Assembly: GCA_002314795.1 (NCBI GenBank)
Contig: DCHI01000044.1
Location: 1-53,456 of the forward strand
Origin: Bacteroidales bacterium UBA1756
GTDB lineage: Bacteria > Bacteroidota > Bacteroidia > Bacteroidales > WCHB1-69
Direction: 5' to 3'
Length of the DNA: 53,456 nt
Shown: positions 33,701 through 39,705 of the stretch, in pieces
How the letters are laid out: each line of letters begins with the position of its first letter
How positions within the stretch are numbered: position 1 is the first letter of the stretch
The notes under the pieces: model-generated
Database searches by the model: none
Seen by the model: only the letters and a program-made list of their open reading frames with translations
What the model was told of the DNA's origin: nothing
Position numbers and translations under genes: made by a program

Positions 33701-36700
33701 ATTTCAATGTGACCGTCGGAAATCTGCAAATAATAGGTCGTATTTTCCGTCAATGACGGCGTTGTAAACTCAGTGCCTTCATACACCAAATTCTGACCTT
33801 GCGGATCGGAGTACCAACGATATTGTAAATTAGGATTACTATCATAAATGGAAGATGCTGTCAATGTGGTGCTTTGGCCGCACACGAGAGAAGTAACACC
33901 GGAGACACTTGGAGCCGTCATCGGAGGATTAATCGTCAACGTTCCGTTAGTGCTTCCCGAATTAGAGCAAGCATCACGGAAGGAACGAGTCACAGTGAAT
34001 GTTCCTGTACCGAGGGTATTTCTGTCGGAAGAGGTAAGCGTATAACTCGGTTCCGTACTCCAACCGGTTGTAATAGAACCGATATGCCATTGGTATTCTA
34101 CATTACCGCCGCCAATAGCAGCCGTACCCGATTCAATTGTAATTTCATAATCCGATTGACAAACTTCTGATGACACAATGGTTCCAGCAGAAGGACTGGA
34201 CAATGAAGAAACCGTTACCGACGTTGAAGCAGAGCAGCCCTCAATGGTAGTTCCGCTGACGTTATAAGTACCAGCGTAAGCTGTATAAGGATTTTGCGTA
34301 CTCAAAATGGCACCATAGCTATTGGTCCACACGTAGTTATCAGCACCTTGAGCGGTTAAAGCGACCGTACCGCCAGGGCAGACTCTTGGATTTTCAGGAG
34401 CGACTTCGATGGTAGGATTAACTTTTACTTTATGAGTAAGAACAGTAGGACAACTGTAGCCAGAACCTGTCACCGTAACGGTATAGTTCGTTGTTTCAGA
34501 CGGAGAAACGGTAGTCGTGGCTTCTGTTGAGCCTGTGGACCAAGTGTATGAGAATGATTCTGGGCAATAGACGGTTGCATCCCAACCCGAAGAGGTGACG
34601 CTACCATCTGAATGGAAATACACCGTCAACGTGTTTCCTGTTGATACAAAAGGTGTGCCGCCATTATTCCAAGATGAATAACCCGAACTTGTTCCCAACT
34701 GTGATGAAGAAGTACTTGGACCATCATAAACGGAGACATAGTCGCAACAAGACTCAAAGTTCCCCGAATGGAACGTCAGTGTCACGTGACTTCCTACAGG
34801 AGCTTGGAAAGTGTAATAGTAATTTGCTGAATTAGAATAGGATCCAGAAGATCCGCCGTCATCATAAAAATGATACATACTTCCACCTGCAAGCTGGCGT
34901 GTGGTTGTCCCAGTATACATATTGAGTGAACCAGTATATGACGTTGGAATTCCACCGGCAGCTATGACCTCGATAGTCACTTCATCGCCAGCATCAATAC
35001 AAGTGTTTCCTTCGCTACTAACAATCTGAACATCAGGTCCATCTACATTAATTGTCACACTTTGGCCAGCAGGAGCACAGTTGGCATTGGCACCATATAC
35101 GGTATAGGTTGTGGTTGCGCCTGGTCTCACATACAAATGTCCACCACGTTCGGTGATGCCTTCACTATAACTCCACTCGGTTACGTTATAGACATTGGAC
35201 ACTGTAATCTCAACTTCCTCATTACAAGCAGAGGCAGGGGCAGTGACTGTAAAAGAAGGTGGCGTTGAGCACGTTGTTGAGAAACGAGCCGGCAAACAAG
35301 CCGTCGTATTGCTTTGCATTGGAAGAACCCACCAATAATAGGTCGTGGCAGGGCTCAATGAACTCATATAATAATATGTATTATAGGTTGTTCCTTGCAA
35401 TGTAGCAGAAGCAAAATTGTTCGTAGTTCCTACATATATATAATATTGATTGGCACACAGAATCGGTTCCCATTCTAACATAGGACTGTATTCCACTGCC
35501 GTTGCGCCATCTTCCGGATAGGTAGCGACAAAGCAATTGGTATTATTGCCATCACAACTCAAATCCACTTCCTTCGACACATTATAGCGAGTAGCCGTCA
35601 GATAGGTATCTCCAGTTCCAACGACAGAACCATTGGTTCCAGTAACAGAAACTAATGAACTATTGGCAGATGTCCAGTTATCGGAAAGGTAGGTATTGTA
35701 GGCCGTGAAGCAGGTATGTGCATTGTCTACATCTTCGTCATCCGGCATTAGGATAGGCGTAGCAGCCACGTATGCAATATCGGTTGAATATTGCCCGTCC
35801 GGACGCGGATAGAGGTTGGTTCCGCTGACGAAATAACTGCTTGTCGGGAGATAGGTACCTATCAATTCCCGTGTCAGCTTCCCATACGAGGAAGATGTTC
35901 CTGCCGAAGAACCGTAAGCGCGGCCAATCGTACACATCTGCTTATCCCAATAGCTTGGACAAGATGTATATAAACTTGAAGCGTAACCCATCAAAGCACC
36001 GACATTCGTTGAGGTAACACCCTCAACAGCACCCACATTAAGGTTATATTGGAAATAGCTGTAATCATATTGATAGCCTACCAAACCGCCCACATAACTA
36101 TAACCGCTAACCTTTCCGGCATTCAAGCAGTAACGGGTATAACCGTATGATGAGTTGTACCCCGTAATACCACCAACGTATGCCGAACCGCTATACGAAG
36201 AATGGATACGGCCAGCATTCACACAATAATCGGTATAACAATAATAGTCATAACCATTGATACCACCTACGTAATAGGATGAACTGGTTACATCTCCACT
36301 ATTTTGGTTGTACTGGCAATAGTAATTACTACCGTAGGCATAACCATTGATACCACCTGTATAGACACCGGCACTGGTAACATCACCATAGTTATCATTA
36401 TATCTGGTATAATAGTTATAGTAACAGTAGCCGAGAATACCACCCGTATAGGATGAACCGCCGGACACATTACCTCTATTAACATTGTAATCTACATAAT
36501 AGCAATAGTTTGTATAACCTGCGATACCACCCACGTATGACGAGGTACTGGTTACAGAACCACTGTTTTCATTAAATTCGGCCACGGTATAGTACGCTTG
36601 TCCAATGATACCGCCCACAGAGGAATAACCGGTTACGGCACCCGAGTTCGTACATCCCTCGACGTAGGAGCAATAAGAGGAACTTCCCGAACTATATCCT

Positions 36701-39063
36701 TCATTCTGTCCTGCAATACCACCCACATACTGATAACCGCTCACATTACCCGTGTTCGTACAATAATCAATATGCGTACGATAGGTGGAATTATAACCGT
36801 AATTGTAACCGGCAATACCACCCACATAATTGGGAGATCCAGTGGTAGTAATGTTACCAGAGTTCGTACAATCACCAATGTAGCCATAGTAATAATGGTA
36901 ACCCACAATACCACCCGTGAGATAGCAGAGGGTCTGAATATTACCTCTGTTATGACAATCGGAAATCGTATAAGAAGAGGTAGCTGAACCATAATTACTA
37001 TAACCGACGATACCACCGATACCATATTGGGTTGAGACTGACGAATAGGTCGAGGTCGTTACGATGTCACCTTCATTCACACAACCAGAAATTGTTGAAC
37101 TGGTCATCAAACGGCCAACGATACCGGCAGCATTGTAGGAAGATGTGGTAATATCACCATAGTTACTACAATCGGTAATGTTACAGGAGGTTACGGAGCC
37201 GGCAATACCGGCAATGGCGTATGAACCTGTAATATCGCTGTTGTTGATACAATCCGAGATGCTGCCGCCAGTAGCATAACCGACGATACCGCCACGATAA
37301 TAAGAGTCAGAGGTTGTATTAAAAGTGACGTTGTTGGTACAGTTCTCGATTGTCGTGTTATTGGCGTAGGCGACAATACCGGCGCGATAATAGGAACCTT
37401 GAACGTAACCGGAAACAGTCAGGTTTTCGACAGTCGCATTCATCGTATAACCAAACAAAGCGTGGTAAGTACCCGCATAATTGACATTCAAATTACTGAT
37501 TGTCTTATTATTACCATCGAACCGACCCTTGAAAGGATAGGATGAGGATACACCAATTGGCACATTGGAACCTGTGTTGAATGCCGAGGTCAAGGAGATG
37601 TTGCTCGTCAATTTGAAATAGGTACCGCTGAAATTGGTACCGGAGTTGACGGCATCGCGCAGACAGACCAAACCGGCTTCGTTCGAGATGGTATAGGGAT
37701 CCGCCGAAGTACCGGAACCGCCCCACATAGCACAGGGACTTTCCGCGGGCCCCGACGGGGAACAAATTGTGAAACGGGTATCCGCACGGCTTGAAACTAA
37801 ATTACCAGAATAACTTGTAGTATAAGTTCCATAGGCAGAAGTGCCGTCCGACTGGCGATACAATGTAACATCATTTCGAGGCGAACTATTATACCAAGTC
37901 AAACTGCAGTTATAGGAAGACTGCTTGCAAACCGCCACTACCAAGTTGCTATTCCCACTATACTCGTATGGTGTATTCAAAACAAATTCTTTCCACCCCG
38001 TGGATGACCCCAACGTCACAGCTCCAGAATAAACCAAAGTCAAGTTACTTGATGGAGTCCAATCACTACTCGAAGAATAAGTGTTACTGCTTTTGGTGCC
38101 AATGTAAATTGACAATGAATTTGGAGTCCAAGAATAAGCATTGGCACAATTAAATGCGATTTTCGTAATTGTGCCAGTGCCTCCTACTTCCTGAGGAGTA
38201 TATATGCTCTCACACCAACCATAGTTATAACAGTTGGTAAAAGGAAACGTCGTTGCGGTACTTGATTGGGTTCCAATCGCTATATCATTGCATTCAGTGC
38301 CGCCGCCGCCACCGGACGGCATAGTCATTCTAATTTGATTCTTATACCCCGTGCTATAACTTCGACTACCATACGAAGTTGGTGAATATGAACCACTTGA
38401 AGATCCCAAATACAAGTTGTAACTATCATTGTATGCATAAATAGATTGATAGCTTGCCGTGGAATAAACATACCACGAATTACTGCTATTATAAGAACCC
38501 GTATTATCATCAACGGTAATAATGATATTACTACTTCCATCCCAAGTAAATGGAGTCGAGAAATTAAAGGTATTCCATCCTGTACTTGGATACATATATC
38601 CAGAATAAACCAACGTTCCCAAATCTGACTCCCAGCCACCACTGCCTGTACCCGTACTGGAATAGGTAGTAAAACTGGTACGCGGACTATTCTTCATAAA
38701 AATTTGAATATATCTACTGCTACTACTACCCACAGAAGCACAATTGAAGGCCAATGAAGTGATTTGGCCAGCGCCACCACCGGCAGCCAAGATTTCGGAT
38801 GCCGTATAGACTTGCTGTGTAATACTATATTCGTACCAATTATAATTGGGAAAATAACTATATGTTGTTGATGCCGTGCCAATGGTCACCGTGGACTGTC
38901 CCCGCAGCGTGGCGGGAACCAATGTGCAGAAGGCAAACAGCAATGCACAACAATAGAGATAGAGTGAACGCGCCCCTCCAAAGGTGCGCTTTCTCATCAT
39001 TTCCAACATACATCCGCCTTGTTCATTCAAAGCCAAGTTAGTAAAATTCGCCTTCATAAGCAC
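15748..39063 (-). CDS. Giant (~7,770 aa) T9SS type A sorting-domain surface protein / putative adhesin with GLUG-like, Fn3, CUB, Ig-like and ALK/LTK-type glycine-rich domains
   Basis: Single uninterrupted ORF. Signal peptide ending LRG/Q; C-terminal LYPNP...GVYFV...KKLVVTK T9SS CTD; seven (E/Q)VWGAQGG-type Gly-rich domains; two CUB domains (ESCCDY..YDG); GCDS repeats. The start may be ATG 39057. Confidence 0.9.
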   Translation of the reverse strand: MLMKANFTNLALNEQGGCMLEMMRKRTFGGARSLYLYCCALLFAFCTLVPATLRGQSTVTIGTASTTYSYFPNYNWYEYSITQQVYTASEILAAGGGAGQITSLAFNCASVGSSSSRYIQIFMKNSPRTSFTTYSSTGTGSGGWESDLGTLVYSGYMYPSTGWNTFNFSTPFTWDGSSNIIITVDDNTGSYNSSNSWYVYSTASYQSIYAYNDSYNLYLGSSSGSYSPTSYGSRSYSTGYKNQIRMTMPSGGGGGTECNDIAIGTQSSTATTFPFTNCYNYGWCESIYTPQEVGGTGTITKIAFNCANAYSWTPNSLSIYIGTKSSNTYSSSSDWTPSSNLTLVYSGAVTLGSSTGWKEFVLNTPYEYSGNSNLVVAVCKQSSYNCSLTWYNSSPRNDVTLYRQSDGTSAYGTYTTSYSGNLVSSRADTRFTICSPSGPAESPCAMWGGSGTSADPYTISNEAGLVCLRDAVNSGTNFSGTYFKLTSNISLTSAFNTGSNVPIGVSSSYPFKGRFDGNNKTISNLNVNYAGTYHALFGYTMNATVENLTVSGYVQGSYYRAGIVAYANNTTIENCTNNVTFNTTSDSYYRGGIVGYATGGSISDCINNSDITGSYAIAGIAGSVTSCNITDCSNYGDITTSSYNAAGIVGRLMTSSTISGCVNEGDIVTTSTYSSVSTQYGIGGIVGYSNYGSATSSYTISDCHNRGNIQTLCYLTGGIVGYHYYYGYIGDCTNSGNITTTGSPNYVGGIAGYNYGYNSTYRTHIDYCTNTGNVSGYQYVGGIAGQNEGYSSGSSSYCSYVEGCTNSGAVTGYSSVGGIIGQAYYTVAEFNENSGSVTSTSSYVGGIAGYTNYCYYVDYNVNRGNVSGGSSYTGGILGYCYYNYYTRYNDNYGDVTSAGVYTGGINGYAYGSNYYCQYNQNSGDVTSSSYYVGGINGYDYYCYTDYCVNAGRIHSSYSGSAYVGGITGYNSSYGYTRYCLNAGKVSGYSYVGGLVGYQYDYSYFQYNLNVGAVEGVTSTNVGALMGYASSLYTSCPSYWDKQMCTIGRAYGSSAGTSSSYGKLTRELIGTYLPTSSYFVSGTNLYPRPDGQYSTDIAYVAATPILMPDDEDVDNAHTCFTAYNTYLSDNWTSANSSLVSVTGTNGSVVGTGDTYLTATRYNVSKEVDLSCDGNNTNCFVATYPEDGATAVEYSPMLEWEPILCANQYYIYVGTTNNFASATLQGTTYNTYYYMSSLSPATTYYWWVLPMQSNTTACLPARFSTTCSTPPSFTVTAPASACNEEVEITVSNVYNVTEWSYSEGITERGGHLYVRPGATTTYTVYGANANCAPAGQSVTINVDGPDVQIVSSEGNTCIDAGDEVTIEVIAAGGIPTSYTGSLNMYTGTTTRQLAGGSMYHFYDDGGSSGSYSNSANYYYTFQAPVGSHVTLTFHSGNFESCCDYVSVYDGPSTSSSQLGTSSGYSSWNNGGTPFVSTGNTLTVYFHSDGSVTSSGWDATVYCPESFSYTWSTGSTEATTTVSPSETTNYTVTVTGSGYSCPTVLTHKVKVNPTIEVAPENPRVCPGGTVALTAQGADNYVWTNSYGAILSTQNPYTAYAGTYNVSGTTIEGCSASTSVTVSSLSSPSAGTIVSSEVCQSDYEITIESGTAAIGGGNVEYQWHIGSITTGWSTEPSYTLTSSDRNTLGTGTFTVTRSFRDACSNSGSTNGTLTINPPMTAPSVSGVTSLVCGQSTTLTASSIYDSNPNLQYRWYSDPQGQNLVYEGTEFTTPSLTENTTYYLQISDGHIEMGTPQNYSSYGAYTYSIPMDATQLKLEVWGAQGGTYSSYTGGLGGYSVGTLTNLTDIDNLYVYVGGAGTTNTTGGYNGGGAGVNSGRGGGGATDIRTEQNNLFSRIIVAGGGGGAGVSYGSTYPAGCGGGIYGGDGYYNYTNGSYITGNYRSGGGATPTQGGISWNSISSTQGTFGFGGNAYNYSCGGGGGGWYGGGGAYDNDSDSDGRYGGGGSGYVWTSATSSDVPSGYAVSADYYLSNAQTIAGNTSFTSPNGGTETGHTGNGYARITPYVYVMDNCPSEMLAVNIIVNQMAAPDVQVVSACTGTPSEMVVTNPVPGYEYQWSTDPSFSTIAYTGITFTPTVYTSTQYYVRAVQDMGEPVADFSYTGAEQVYTVPARVSQVRLEVWGAQGGTGESHGTSAGGYSVGTLNVTPGQTLYVYVGGQGTYMTYGGTTHSTSVTTPGGWNGGGSVVSSAASHGSGGGGTDIRVGGNSLYNRIIVAGGGGGIGNWNEGDSYGGGTNGIGSYAGYATYAGSGNSGTNGSFGQGGNGQGSSGGGAGAGGGWYGGGGQGVTYYPGGAGSGYVWTSATASNAPSGYLVSASNYLTDAQTIAGNSSFPAPAGGTEVGHSGNGFARITLLDYSSNHCPSEVSTITLTPGATPSFNLTASSRSYCQGDQDVHLSVINPSANVTSYAWSTGETTSSIDVTPGHTMTYFVTVSTETCSVKDSLQISVDAPDVQIVASVDGCIDAGDEVTLSCGGQSGQCPSSVNMSNTPMTLSAGCSFSYYDHNGPSSSYSNYESYIQTFTSSNGGPITIRLSSADGESCCDYLRLYDGTTTSSSLLCSSTLYYWSTYTTYTATSGSLTVYFTSDGSGVGSGWVAEITAVDPNTYVWSNGSTESSITVTPSETTTYTVTVSDNSHSCSAILDYTVKVTPTITVTPENPMVCPGATVDLTASGADSYVWTNSSTAVVSVQNTYTASAGTYNVTGTTDEGCSASTSVTVSSLSTPSAGTIVSSEVCQSDYEITIESGTAAIGGGNVEYQWTIGSVTTGWSTEPSYTLTSSDRTALGAGTFSVVRSFRDACSNSGSANGTLTINPPMEAPSVAGNTNVLCGQSTTLTASSSLTSPNLRYRWYSDPQGQNLVYVGSEFTTPAMMENTTYYLQITDELDENRVTNFSYTGAPVSYTIPEGTDSLTLEVWGAQGGGQQNSGNTSAGVGGKGGYSVGTMPVNGGENISVYVGGQGGYAGAGLAVGGWNGGGSNYGSSSSEPAGGGGGATDIRVNGSTLYHRIIVAGGGGGGGEDSGDVVGAGGGSNGTAGGSRSDYGTQTSGTGGAVFGIGASAPNDGGAGGGGWYGGGTNGGSQSIPTYGSGTDCQGGSGGSGFVWTSATSGNVPSGYLVSSDYYLINAQTIAGTQYFPAVGGGQELGHGGNGYARITAHLHSLGGCPSEMVAVNITVNQLSAPIVEVRSACAGTPSEMVVTNPVPGYAYQWSTSPDFSTVEHTGITHTPTVNTSTQYYVRAVQASGEEITEFSYTGSSVNYTVPMGASRMQVELWGADGGNQTYYGSTYDGGQGGRGGYTVGTVNVNSGDVIQVNVGGAGSNSMATGYSTNPGGWNGGGAGGYGYSYFTSASGGGASDIRMNGTSLYDRVLVAGGGGGSGYYSGGDAGGTSGGSTSSYSYRSGLGATLSAGGSGGYSGCDGYSGTQGSLGQGGNGASASAGGGGGGGGYYGGGGGADGCASSGGGGGGSGYVAAGISGNTMSYLSAPANPDQNGNGFVRITLLNYVSGVCPSEVASVTLTPGETPSFNLTASSRSYCQGDDDVRLTVANPSPNVNSYTWSTGETTQYVDVTPGHTMTYFVTVSTGTCGVKDSVQISVDAPEVQIVASTESCIAPGDEVTLNLVGGSIGTTMNADEYTFTRTTGTYQELSSPTYLYNNTSTDGLGSSITFPSGFTFPYCGNTYSMVYVSDGQLRFGSSDQTYGASEMLASTTYYNVIAPFLSDLYLYSGYGSLSYQLMNEGSERVLTVQYKNATTYPDNSYPSSRAFNFQVKLYESGKISLCYGSGFANISELYSWAYTCIGINSANGHYIQVTPTSGGATAQTSGSLSALNVTQVHYLTSGTIYTFTPSSPLTCLWSNGSTESSITVTPSETTTYTVTVTDDSHACAAIMDYTVKVNPTIVIASEPESLCQSSDPAVLTASGANAYLWNNGTIGAVNSVVGEGTYTVSATNADGCSSVASYSLVAPVFNAGSITGNMLSICQSETNPLHIASVDDGTTGGNIHYRWYRNGNLIPDSDSAAYEITPEELVSVTTGTYRYTREVQNGCTGTWTASAGTYSVTIMAPFAEPTVHGNENYVVCGTDGKLYVAHDDEVMNYWYEDAECTQLYAVGDTVTVPSMFENKTLWHVAMNQTVAPIAQEYGVVGQHQYTVPAGVTELQLEVWGAQGGSYSSSYPGGKGGYSAGTLPVNEGDVLNIYVGGQPTSTTGGYNGGGDGKTFSWDYTTYSIGGGGATDIRVNGPSLYQRVIVAGGGSGSNNRYSGYAAGGTTSQGYSSSYVATQSSAGLNASFGTGASATGSYNYNYGPAGGGGGWYGGGSSSSSSDGDSYYAGYMGGGSGYVNTATSYHPAGYYYSSSYFLSNETLAGGTETFLSPYGAMETGHSGNGYARIIGTSIVNISPCPSIPTAYTLQVQAPTAPAVEAEVNTYCGLPVTLEVQDYNSELTYQWSSQPDFSDTIAWGQYYSVTPTAGTYNYYVKSFIQEAAGDTINFAYTGNIATFTVPAGVSELQLEVWGAQGGQGGPSNLGGRGGYSAGTLAVNQNDVLYVCVGEQGYGSTGTNLSGSSGSSYNGGGSGYHGDNGIRAGGGGATHIATASGVLSSLSDNRSAVKIVAGGGGGNLYFSSYSYTAGAGGGLSGVDGLTYSSGTGGVGGTQNAAGTDTYANNATFGAGSNQTSGSTVCGGGAGWFGGAAGNPAGGGSGYIGGVTNGTTIAGNLTIIEPNGTTAIGHAGNGYARISYVGSGTRHCESPTAAIQLVVADAPAITFVDDAPVTVCGEDVTLQVASPVQGYTYEWFSNPDCTLSLGTGVSLLATNVIEPTNYYVKSYANLGTTLMCVSDPSSVTVNLQPIEDPTIAVPSQITCGVPLTLTVSNPMQGFNYVWFSDPTCLNIVNTGTVFDLAGVQNIENRTYYVKACKEAVGSARQDTTDFEYDEGAVYSYSIPQGVARVNFQVWGAQGGSYNGARGGLGGYAEGSLSDFSNVNTISVYVGGQNGYNGGASSNYGAGGGATDIRINGETLNDRFLVAGGGGGAGSVNGGYGGGLQAGSGANGYNGGGDLVPGGIGAAQSGSMFGVNTTFANRGGGGGAGWYAGSNGDNGSSSGTRPGGGGGSGYVSSMLQNARTVAGNNEFPAVYEGTETGHNGNGFARIIAQYPVVYTCESSLVPVVINLNPIADVSDAYGDFEQICEGEVAQLYAATDMAEDDPEQEQPQVVWYRGSAAGNDSVFVGTSLSSDMFTYTENVGGEWFYYAYAATDLISSAGDYDLSSTATYENLRGCISVDVHTPVDMKVHGFSVYPSSSVTNTTVRVWYTTTSGEGHYRDASVWTSLGEYEIAADGNNAVPFELNDSVAIPAGATYAFYFQALNNGLYYANNGLDRIAYDAITGVELFKGNGESGFNFPANSLSERQFCGAVHYSLTGETRYGCMSQNGVEIYLFVNAPSDAPDTIFIADGRDTICVGDEPVTLSTRTLSLGDNAEFVWLESTETGFEEFESGTESVDVTPSVTTTYGVYLRSEYCGNTDTIYTTITVAQRPVVSAIQPDTICALGGLNIDIPHIEYGNLPDSANSRWECSVDGENFVRFTAAENQQIGTDYNGWYIRYAAASGCSIGYSDTVQIVVDSAAYFDVLQNPDAICAGTLFDWRSNSATPHYVNNSQRPIRTGWNLFAGGQLVDFDESYAFTYHSDPDYYQYNCYIVTGCDSVVSNLATITVWDRPEVDPIVGIGATCAGQPVTLTPPTVTPRSPIDTVGWEYADAIGSQYFHRLPADFVIDYSMNGKVLRYFAEGPCGHTESNAVQISIIDRPYMADIASLDTVCSNTPFEMEEPEITDDGGTEEYTTGWYLSNDSIVGDNEAVTQVYVGDSMNYYVWNNRWLHFGVTNACGTRYSNGVKAFIRPDHNLHVEINRMPYGGNPDIELVENAESCFGPDYQFIARSDYAFAGCTYSWTATEGAHLASTTGSTVLSQRPDAGFQRYVIDVVENEFGCSASDTVLFHVTLIHLDTTVTVCQSDLPYCYDPIEKPNDLAHQSGDYQIVYQTEGGCDSVINLHLNVHYPIVNRSTLHVCNNEPEFEWRGMRFGGMGVEDQQITSADTIKSRVWFSDLDWQWDPTQGAFVHTEGCDSIIYVLELSISDEPYLSIPQDEFTLPVGESVTAEANFRKDCEVCSAKAAIIYQLYKDGVPVDTLYPYGDMSIQTYLPTTDVPFGTALTTGHGEIPGTTFAINNYDYNYFYAQFFGEINNYVTATWRQPGEYKLQMVILRTATQSGFDLPINYRYEDSTIFGQNGYNWTMMGGANGVSTDSVFTDTAYIYFHVGSVTDVVVDTVVCANGFPFDYQATTITGPGSYEIAVGSEGQFNRYFLNVTSTPIDTTILSVNTTGSYYEYHGGYYGSEQVHTVRLQASTGCDSIVLLTVHTFAANNNDTIHAVACHDYVWNRQTYDTTGVYANDNHYLDLVILDGPYAERTIRISEWQLPYVYENEVYEDFGTYRIAYPTGGECDSLVDLHLVEANPLIDIDTTTFAYELNEQNVFTLTVLNDGVDVPKLALDYVITRNGVVLDNVGQFGSVYFSTPVASLHRSFGANLTSGVGEIPGNTFNILYYNYDYFYNTFFNGISNDFTATWNIPGEYKIKFFLRERQDGQDYPLTMNNLVIGGHGSSAGSLIAMDSVVMHYVGDTIRLDYDDAICSNQISDTLAYNFHGFEFTETDGGLNMLNTYTGTTTFVPYISYDPRRIDTTELFIFDPFRVHDTIVNYTLTIHPAYYITYTANVCDGAPYTDANFNLTAAQIRAAKVNDTSVFVLRAVTEMGCDSIVTLKLNVVPNPVVRIGVISPLVCEGGELPFTVTVNSRINYNNVSDVNFVPDSVTRDTVNGVEKITYYKTEYNISSSWMISVASANTIDNTVCAVSDSIQMIVLRGDTMARKTASVCQGNSYFECEPTWLDCFNISAETTQAAIDPEAAVPVIIYDTIMTGTTSCGHYYMELALTVFPRYDSHHPLVITDDVCEGYPYNDHGFDLSADSILNARRQGVAYFRHENISSLDCDSVTILQLTVIPTVYGQKTVPVCESALPYEYTFEGTRVIITRDTIVNFLMAGRAATGCDSVVITHFAIEPMPVFTVAGETTICDNGSINLAIVAPASDSVKWLVNGSVYSTTPLLQATAPDLMSQATAVVHLGTCTATREVNITINPTYTVYDTTEICDNELPYTWNNVEFTAAGTQPATLSSALGCDSTVVMTLVVNPTYQIVVDTNILAADLPFTYNNRVFEYGVAAHSTTVFNLTTVNGCDSVVTLNLYVDYGTAAPFMEVDSVSPSEAILTVYGNDMPFGSKVAVRYTLYKDNQLVQDFDNECGGDLFIGTEFQGIVHGQSLTTPVNLIPRATFSLMNYHYDYFYLGFLNARTNVVSHQFTQPGTYKVVFELINEAGGIDFPYMYDGVNRIGGKNSLDSIEVFACAPVEVTFVVTGGPEGPTDPVLNAPEIILSQDVVEDASSAVLLTVAEGDYLGSQVSINYSIYREGETEPMSMLANVANIQFGTMFNGQLCGNTLQSATGSIPFNTFRPMQSYEYNYFNMNFLANTSNFVEADWYVPGNYSIVFNLMEMTNGQDFGLVDSQTGYRVGGKIATPVRSIAKDTLTYHITTVANPMPMGLEDNVESNETIALYPNPTNTRTTLSLGKVEANTLVQITDANGKEVYRVIATESTMELNVATWAEGVYFVNVRNANQSVTKKLVVTK

Positions 39064-39459
39064 TATTTTTAGTTATTATATTAATATGATTTATTTATTA
39101 TCGTTAAAAAAACACCCACAGCAATCCAAACCAACATAAATTTTCAATTTTATTAGAAAACAGCGAATCAAAATACAAATTAACTAATAATTTGTTGTCC
39201 TACCACTCCAAGCACCATTTCGCTGACTATTTTATTCAGTCTGCTGAAATATTTCAGCATAAAATATAAATCATTCCACCATAGTTTTACAAAAAACTAT
39301 TTAAAAAGAACCTATCCAACAATCATCTTACCAATACATTATATAATTTTTGCCCATCAATTCTACCTCAGCAAAAAACGGGTGCAATTTACTTATTTTT
39401 GATAAATATTCAAAATTATTCACATTTTTTTGAAAAAATTTTAGAGAAGAACGCGTGAG

Positions 39460-39495
39460 GTTCGTAAAGTTTATAAAGTTCATAAGGTTTGTAAA
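39460..39495 (+). repeat. 9-bp tandem array (x4), same family as 15359
   Basis: GTTCGTAAA GTTTATAAA GTTCATAAG GTTTGTAAA. Confidence 0.85.
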
Positions 39496-39633
39496 GATGG
39501 GATTTTATGAAGCGAAACTGCTAAATTAGAAACTATCATTTTACATTCGTTCAAAAAGAACAATCCGTCTCACTCAAATCGTTTATATTTTCACCATCCG
39601 AATCATCCGGATTGTAAAAAAACATTAAAAGAG

Positions 39634-39663
39634 TTTGCGATAACGAATTTAATACTAATTTTG
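39634..39663 (+). promoter_or_regulatory. speA promoter (-33/-7)
   Basis: TTTG at 39634-37 and TAATTTTG at 39656-63, with an 18-nt spacer. Confidence 0.65.
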
Positions 39664-39705
39664 CGCCCCATTTTTCAGAGAGTAAAAAAACGAAAAAAAG
39701 AGACA

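Noticed and set aside
27200-35050. Diversity-generating retroelement TR/VR pair
   Set aside because: The repeats are in-frame coding duplications with mismatches not confined to adenines, and there is no reverse transcriptase in the window.
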